Source: a virus (lineage: Duplodnaviria; Caudoviricetes). Taken from it: DNA of 61,319 nt. Shown here piece after piece: positions 55,558-61,319 of the stretch (position 1 is the first letter of the stretch; every line of letters starts with the position of its first letter). The notes under the pieces were generated by a model. The model had not been told where the DNA came from and did not search any database. It saw only the letters and a list, made by a program, of their open reading frames with translations. The stretch spans positions 1 to 61,319 of IMG/VR virus record IMGVR_UViG_3300020045_016338; one strand, written 5' to 3'. The translations under genes were made by a program, and so were the position numbers.

Positions 55558-55953
55558 CTATTTAACGACTTCGTACTTTTCGTTCAGCTGACCGCCGCGA
55601 CGAAGAGCACCGATGTAATTATCGATCCTGCAACGCTCGAGCACAAAGCTCAGAGAACCTGCAGTCTCATCGTTGACATATTCATCCCGACGAACTCCGA
55701 GCATGTAGAGCTTTTCCTTTGTCGTGAGCCCCTTCATCGAGACCCGAAACAACTGCCAATCTTCCGCGCCGTCTTCGAAATAGACAGCATGCCGAATTTC
55801 TTCATTCGACCACGTGCGAATCTGATCAGCATAGATCCACTTCGTGATCATATTCGAATTGCTCCCAGCCATATTGCCGAGATATTCCTTCTGACACTCG
55901 TAGATCTGCGACGCAGAGAACTTCTTGTCCCACTCTTTAAATTCCTTAGCCAT
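55558..55953 (-). CDS. Hypothetical protein
   Basis: GAGG RBS; downstream of a promoter. Confidence 0.65.
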   Translation of the reverse strand: MAKEFKEWDKKFSASQIYECQKEYLGNMAGSNSNMITKWIYADQIRTWSNEEIRHAVYFEDGAEDWQLFRVSMKGLTTKEKLYMLGVRRDEYVNDETAGSLSFVLERCRIDNYIGALRRGGQLNEKYEVVK

Positions 55954-56001
55954 GGTAGCAGCCTCTATGTTGTAGTTAGCCTTTAATTCAGCTTATAATA
56001 A

Positions 56002-56046
56002 AGTATACAACACTTTTTGAGATTCCTCAAGAGGCAAAACGATGGT
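56002..56046 (-). promoter_or_regulatory. Extended phage promoter
   Basis: ACCATCGTTTTGCCTC-TTGAGG-17-TATACT. Confidence 0.75.
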
Positions 56047-56555
56047 CAGCTCGGGCGAAAAAGAATGTAGTAACTGCCATGGCGAACAGCATCTCGAGCA
56101 TGCCGAAGTCCCTTCTCATAAAAGCCCCATGACTTCAATTTGTCATCGGTGCAAAAGTTCTTGGCGATCTGGGCAGTCTGCTGCGAATATGTCAGCTTCC
56201 GTTGAATGCACAAAGTAAGGATTGATCCAATGATCTGCACGGTCGGAATTTGGGACCAAGAATGGTCAGAACTCTTCCACTCATATACCGCATATGTTTC
56301 ATGCACAACATGTGAAATACCTGGATACGCATTAAACATCGCAGACATATTCTCCACACACAATTCCAGTGGCCAAGTAGCTATTTGCCCTTGATCTATA
56401 AGAATAGCCTCTCCCCCTGTTTCACACTTCCAAACTGCCCAACCAGTAGTCTCTCCTGGATCGAGCGAAAGCAGCCATCCATCAAATGCCACAACTTTCT
56501 TGGCATTATGTACCGCTGCACGGAATTTATTAAACTGTTGTGACAAATTACCCAT
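56046..56555 (-). CDS. RuvC-like Holliday junction resolvase
   Basis: LSLDPGETTGWA, VV.E, H.RDA.RH; start MGNLSQ after AGAGGA. Confidence 0.75.
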   Translation of the reverse strand: MGNLSQQFNKFRAAVHNAKKVVAFDGWLLSLDPGETTGWAVWKCETGGEAILIDQGQIATWPLELCVENMSAMFNAYPGISHVVHETYAVYEWKSSDHSWSQIPTVQIIGSILTLCIQRKLTYSQQTAQIAKNFCTDDKLKSWGFYEKGLRHARDAVRHGSYYILFRPS

Positions 56556-56578
56556 AGTGACTAGTCCTCTTGACTTGA

Positions 56579-56613
56579 CAAAAAACCCCCCAGGTATTAA
56601 CTGGAGGGCTTTT
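56579..56613 (-). terminator. Rho-independent terminator
   Basis: Minus strand AAAGCCCTCCAG-TTAATAC-CTGGGGGGTTTTTT. Confidence 0.7.
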
Positions 56614-56640
56614 GTATGCACTGGTCGACGAGCAGGAAAA

Positions 56641-57054
56641 TCAGATCGTGGAGGCGTCGGCGTCGGCCGGCGAAGCATCAGAAGCAGTGGACGGAATCGA
56701 ATCAGCCGTCTTCGGCGGACCGCCATCGACCTTCTTGGTCGCAGCGAACACGATCTGGTAGGGAACCTTCTTGCCGGTGATCTCGCTCAGATGCCGAGCG
56801 ATGGCGCCGCGGTCGAACTTCTTGCCTTCGGGGTTGTTGGAGGTGACTTCGCCCGTCCAGAGCTCGAGGATGTAATCCTTGCGCTTGACGACGTCGGTGG
56901 TTCCAGGCCGGGTGACGAACTTGAAACGCTCATCGGCCTTGTTTTCTTCGACGGCGGCAGGAGCGGCATCGGCGACGGGAGCACTGGATTCGGTCGGCAG
57001 CATTTCATCATTCGAAGGTTCGGTGTGCGCTTCCGCGCGTTCATTTCGTGCCAT
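56641..57054 (-). CDS. Small DNA-binding protein with HTH related to 1938-2201
   Basis: AGGAGG RBS; RGAIARHL...YQIV resembles RGAIAKLL...YQHV. Confidence 0.6.
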   Translation of the reverse strand: MARNERAEAHTEPSNDEMLPTESSAPVADAAPAAVEENKADERFKFVTRPGTTDVVKRKDYILELWTGEVTSNNPEGKKFDRGAIARHLSEITGKKVPYQIVFAATKKVDGGPPKTADSIPSTASDASPADADASTI

Positions 57055-57182
57055 TTTGGCCTCCTGGTTTCAATGCCCAACAGCGGACATTTTCTAGTTC
57101 ATTTTTAATACGCATTGGTAACTATAGCAGCAACTTCAATACGCATCAACATTTATTAATATACAGCAGCTTTGCAGTCATT

Positions 57183-59615
57183 TCAAGCTTTATTTGATGG
57201 TCTTTCTTTAGGCGCCCCTATGATTTTATAGAGTTGGCGGTTGTTTTGCATTCGATCCTCATAGATATTAGCCACACTCCCAACAAGGCTTTTATGGTTC
57301 TTAAGATACCTCCCCAACTTCCTGGAATTGATCAATATTTCGCATTTACTGAACTCATCCTGCATCTCAGCCCATTCAGAAATACTCGCGGCTGTAAAGG
57401 TCGACGTATTCTTTGATGATTGACACCAATTCCAATGGTACTTAGCAAACATCTGAATGCCTTCAAATGCCCAGTCTGTATCAGTCATTACACGTTCAGT
57501 AATGTTGTTAAGGTACGGAGCAATCCAGCTTGCATCAATACCAAACAACTTGGCCATGACAATGAAAGATTGTTCCACATTCATCAGGCGGTGTTTGCTC
57601 TGATATCGCATATTCCATGCACCTGCTTTGATCTCTTTGAAGAACAAATGCAGCACATAGAAATGATGCGCCAACCACGCCTCTCGTCCACCGAATCGAG
57701 CCAACTGCTTGGTAATCCAGTTTGCGTCGTATTGCAAGTCACCACTACCCGCTTGCAAGTCCAACGATTTATCCAGCTCAATAATCAAAGACCGTTGAAT
57801 AATGTCAGTGTTCATAAATGGTTGCTGAATAGCCGTGATTCCAAACACAATATTGACAGGTAATTCCAACAGTTCGTTATTGGTATAGTACTTACGCATT
57901 TCCACAGTTGGATGCGGTTCAGTCACCATACGACACATTTCGTCAGATAGCCGTTGCCGAAGAGATTTGTCAACCATCTGTACGTTGTCTGTCACATGGA
58001 GACCGCCAGCATTCACAATAGATGAGTACCAATCTTTCATGTCAGATGGAGCATTACGCATCTTCGGCTTGCCAGTTTGCATTTCAAGGCGCAACACCTG
58101 CAATGTAGATTTGCCAGAGCCTGCTTCGCCAAGAGTCATCTCGATCGGCAGCTGAGTACCTCTCCACTTATAAAGCCACGGTGAAACATAGAACAGCAAC
58201 GATGTCATGATACGCTGCTTATCCTTGTCTTTCAACCGTACCTCATTAAGCACATCGCCCCACCAATTGGTCAGTCCCTCAGGCCCTGTCTTAACTTGGG
58301 CATTCCATTCGGAGATGAGATTCGGCACCTCTATAGGCTCTACCATTTCGGCTTCGAACAGAATATTGTCATCGCCATTATTAAAGATGGTCAATCCTTC
58401 TGCATCGATACGAACATACTGCCCATCTGAAATCTGCATAATTACACAATCTGCATTAACATCAGGCCGCGCAAATACTTTATAGGGCGTCGCATACGAG
58501 ATTGGTTGTTCACCAGTAAAGTGGGAACCAATCCACTGCATGACACGATGGTCAGCTGCACCGAGTCCAAACTTCTGGTAAAGATACTGCCCGAACGCTG
58601 TCTCGGTAAGCTCATTCGGTTGCCCTGTAAATTTGGTACGCATGAGCTTATGCGACTTCATGTCAAAGAAATATGACTGCTTCTCTGCCTTAGAAATGAG
58701 GCGTAGTCCCATAGCATCAAGTTCCGACAGAATAGCAATAGCTACCTGTTGCATCTCTTTACGGGACATCTTCATCTTCTGCAGTCGCTTGTTCAAGTAG
58801 TCCCGAATATTCGGGTGCCGCGGAAATGCAGACGGTTTCTCCAAACATGCAGCAACCAACAAACGAAAATCGTCAGGTCGTGATATTATGAAGTCATCGA
58901 TAGCAGTCTTCTCCATCGTATTGACATCCAGTGGCAATATGATCTGGCGAATCTTTTCAAAGGCAATTCCTCTGAACCGCAGCTCAAATCCAAGCTGTGC
59001 GGCAGCTCTCTGCACTTGCGAGTTTGTGCCATGCAGATGGTCAGAGTCATAGACAATAATAACTGTCTTTCCCTCGCGGGTAATATAGTCTAGAAGATCC
59101 TGCAACCCGAGAGCCAACGGTGACATATGGTCTTCCGTCATCTCTTCGCCAGGAGGCATCTTCGCTTTGACTTTCTTGGCTTCCCCTTCCTTACCCTCTT
59201 TCAGGGACATTTCACCTTCTACCGAAAGAGTAACAATGCGATTGCGCCAACTATCAACACCACCAAATGCGATACAAGGATATCCTCGACGAGTTGCCAA
59301 GCACGCTTTCTTTTCACCCTCGGTAATGTAGATGACATTCGACTTCTGTGCAGCCGCGAAAAATCCTTTGGGGAAGTAGACATGGTTGGGAGCCTCTTTA
59401 GGTTGCTTGTACTTCGGGTCAGAATCAAACAATTTTACCCGATAGAACGGTACAGGCTTCCCAAGCATCGAGAAATATGGGATAACATACCCGTCGATAG
59501 AAAATGGCGTATTAGTCGCTGCTTTCTCCGGATTCGAAATCTGCCGTACATTCATGTCTTCCGGCGTAAGATCTGACAGAGCCAAATCAGCCGCTAACCG
59601 TTCTTTAAATTGCAT
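57183..59615 (-). CDS. Primase (TOPRIM, DUF3854-like) fused to P-loop helicase
   Basis: KYKQP, ITEGEKKA, GGVDSW, YDSD; Walker A GEAGSGKST. Confidence 0.85.
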   Translation of the reverse strand: MQFKERLAADLALSDLTPEDMNVRQISNPEKAATNTPFSIDGYVIPYFSMLGKPVPFYRVKLFDSDPKYKQPKEAPNHVYFPKGFFAAAQKSNVIYITEGEKKACLATRRGYPCIAFGGVDSWRNRIVTLSVEGEMSLKEGKEGEAKKVKAKMPPGEEMTEDHMSPLALGLQDLLDYITREGKTVIIVYDSDHLHGTNSQVQRAAAQLGFELRFRGIAFEKIRQIILPLDVNTMEKTAIDDFIISRPDDFRLLVAACLEKPSAFPRHPNIRDYLNKRLQKMKMSRKEMQQVAIAILSELDAMGLRLISKAEKQSYFFDMKSHKLMRTKFTGQPNELTETAFGQYLYQKFGLGAADHRVMQWIGSHFTGEQPISYATPYKVFARPDVNADCVIMQISDGQYVRIDAEGLTIFNNGDDNILFEAEMVEPIEVPNLISEWNAQVKTGPEGLTNWWGDVLNEVRLKDKDKQRIMTSLLFYVSPWLYKWRGTQLPIEMTLGEAGSGKSTLQVLRLEMQTGKPKMRNAPSDMKDWYSSIVNAGGLHVTDNVQMVDKSLRQRLSDEMCRMVTEPHPTVEMRKYYTNNELLELPVNIVFGITAIQQPFMNTDIIQRSLIIELDKSLDLQAGSGDLQYDANWITKQLARFGGREAWLAHHFYVLHLFFKEIKAGAWNMRYQSKHRLMNVEQSFIVMAKLFGIDASWIAPYLNNITERVMTDTDWAFEGIQMFAKYHWNWCQSSKNTSTFTAASISEWAEMQDEFSKCEILINSRKLGRYLKNHKSLVGSVANIYEDRMQNNRQLYKIIGAPKERPSNKA

Positions 59616-59629
59616 TGCCCGCTCCTTGC

Positions 59630-60013
59630 TTACGCAGTAGCTGTTGTGGTGGGGGTGGTTGCGGCTTCGACGTGAGTCATCTTGGCGTTCGGATAATGTT
59701 CAGGGTTCAGCTGCAGAATCGTATACGACTGCGAACGCCCAGATGGTGTCGACCAAGTCTCGTACGACTGCAGGATACGCCCTTCACGTACCATAGCATT
59801 GAAGATCGGTTTCCAGATCGACGGTTGCAGAGAAGTCCCCATCCCAACCTGGAGCATCGAATTCGAGATCCGCGGATAGATCATCATCACGTGGCGGATC
59901 TTCTCACGAATCGTATTCTCGGTATTCATCAATTCGCCACTCTGTGGCTCGTCATGATCAGTCATTAACATCTCCTGTAAGTAAGTGAAGTGGAAGTGGA
60001 AGTAGTACCCCAA
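59630..60013 (-). CDS. Winged-HTH-like hypothetical protein (start probably near 59971)
   Basis: AGGAG before MLMTD; I...IYPRIS.SMLQ.G...GR....Y. Confidence 0.55.
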   Translation of the reverse strand: MGYYFHFHFTYLQEMLMTDHDEPQSGELMNTENTIREKIRHVMMIYPRISNSMLQVGMGTSLQPSIWKPIFNAMVREGRILQSYETWSTPSGRSQSYTILQLNPEHYPNAKMTHVEAATTPTTTATA

Positions 60014-60073
60014 TATAACATACTATATTTTAAAGTCAATAGCAACTGTTATATTGAGGCATTAAATTCTCGG

Positions 60074-60448
60074 TTATTCTTCGTTACCGTCGCCGTCAGC
60101 CTTCTTCGGCAATTCGATGTCAGCACGAGCTGCAATCGCTTCTTTGTAGATGCCTTCTAGCTTCTTGAGGTCTTTCATTTCCTCTCGAACTTTACCCAGC
60201 ATATCGACGAGTCCTCCAGGCGTCGCATTTGCCAGATTCGGCATCACGAAGTTTGCCTTCTTACCGTTGACACGGGGCGTCTTCATTGTAACGGTAACAC
60301 TCTCCGTCGACAACGCCTTGAGCATCTTGGCATCGTGGGCGAACATCTCCTTGACCAGCGTCGAGCTAATTCGCACAACCGGCGAACTCGTTACTGTCAG
60401 TACAAAGTCTTCCCCTTTAATAGGGTCCAAAGTTTTAGCCATTGTCAT
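60074..60448 (-). CDS. Hypothetical protein
   Basis: AGGAG RBS; coupled. Confidence 0.6.
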   Translation of the reverse strand: MTMAKTLDPIKGEDFVLTVTSSPVVRISSTLVKEMFAHDAKMLKALSTESVTVTMKTPRVNGKKANFVMPNLANATPGGLVDMLGKVREEMKDLKKLEGIYKEAIAARADIELPKKADGDGNEE

Positions 60449-60786
60449 TCATCTCCTGTTGTTGTTGCGGTTATTGCTGTTGTAAATGGATCAATTCCAT
60501 GTACTCGAAAATACGGAGGGGTAACCCGCCGATAGAATCGAAAGTGCCTCTTGAAAGCAGGCTCTCCGACACCGAAACGAAATACGCTCGGCACAAAATA
60601 ATCTTCGGCTTTATTCACGTACACAAGCTGAAGCAGTGCAGGTACTTCATAATATACTGCCCAGTAATACCCTGAGTAAACATCTGTCTGTTTAAGGAAT
60701 TCGGTACTATCGATGATCGAAGCAGCAACTTCTTCGTTCCTGAGCGCATCGACATCTTCAACCGTCAACGGTGTTTGCTTGGTCAT
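60445..60786 (-). CDS. Hypothetical protein
   Basis: ATGA coupling. Confidence 0.55.
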   Translation of the reverse strand: MTKQTPLTVEDVDALRNEEVAASIIDSTEFLKQTDVYSGYYWAVYYEVPALLQLVYVNKAEDYFVPSVFRFGVGEPAFKRHFRFYRRVTPPYFRVHGIDPFTTAITATTTGDE

Positions 60787-61160
60787 ACCTTCCCACTCCA
60801 CATAAGTTTGACCGGAAAGACTTCCATGTCTTCCTTTTTCCGTTCAGGTTTCGAGACTATATTTACCGTTTCATAGTCGTCGCGATTTCCTTCCCAGTCA
60901 TACGTAGTCTCACTGCTGAAATGGAATTCCCCTTTCAGCCAGGTGTTCAATGCAATCTTAGCTGACCGTTCCGAATAGAAGATACGCATCTTGAACGCAT
61001 CATCTGTAGGGTCTATCGGTTCAGCGAAGCTTCCGCCTCTTCCGTTGCGCCCAGAGGGTTCAGGAATTACAAAGCCATCCGACTTTCGCCGAATAGCATA
61101 ATACTTGGCGATATACAACGATCCGCCGTGCGGCATCTCACACTTTTTATGTTCAGGCAT
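60783..61160 (-). CDS. Hypothetical protein
   Basis: AAGGAGAGG RBS. Confidence 0.6.
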   Translation of the reverse strand: MPEHKKCEMPHGGSLYIAKYYAIRRKSDGFVIPEPSGRNGRGGSFAEPIDPTDDAFKMRIFYSERSAKIALNTWLKGEFHFSSETTYDWEGNRDDYETVNIVSKPERKKEDMEVFPVKLMWSGKV

Positions 61161-61171
61161 AGAACCTCTCC

Positions 61172-61318
61172 TTAAAATGGAACGTCGTCGGTGACATCGG
61201 GATACTTCGACACCATTACGACTTCGACATCGACCTGCGGTTCAGGCGCTACATACTTCTCGACATACTTATCGTCGATTCCTGCTGCCATCATTGCATT
61301 AACACACTGCTGCATAAC
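61172..61318 (-). CDS. 3' end of a partial ORF ending DVTDDVPF
   Basis: Open frame runs off the window end; stop at 61172-61174. Confidence 0.55.
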   Translation of the reverse strand, partial: VMQQCVNAMMAAGIDDKYVEKYVAPEPQVDVEVVMVSKYPDVTDDVPF

Positions 61319-61319
61319 A

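Overview
The window is most of the genome of a tailed dsDNA phage with siphovirus-type gene order. No integrase is visible. The host is probably an alphaproteobacterium (Rhizobium/Agrobacterium-like); this is an inference from gene content. The + strand from about 2.8 to 32.7 kb carries packaging, head, tail and lysis genes, including a -1 frameshift tail chaperone and a 2168-aa tail fibre with internal repeats. The - strand from about 32.8 to 61.3 kb carries folE, thyX, a dATP/dGTP diphosphohydrolase, a class II RNR, a UDG-fused family A polymerase, a divergent TGT/DpdA-like protein, queE/queD/queC, SSB/Sak4/exonuclease, helicase, resolvase, primase-helicase and small accessory genes. The main points of interest are: a 7-deazaguanine DNA-modification system with an atypical transglycosylase; a mirror-symmetric element at 0.6-1.2 kb in which convergent promoters flank a 43-aa membrane peptide; a 20-bp direct repeat bracketing the virion module; a conserved extended promoter motif with three related HTH genes; and candidate structured RNAs. 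All calls come from reading motifs by eye; no database searches were run.
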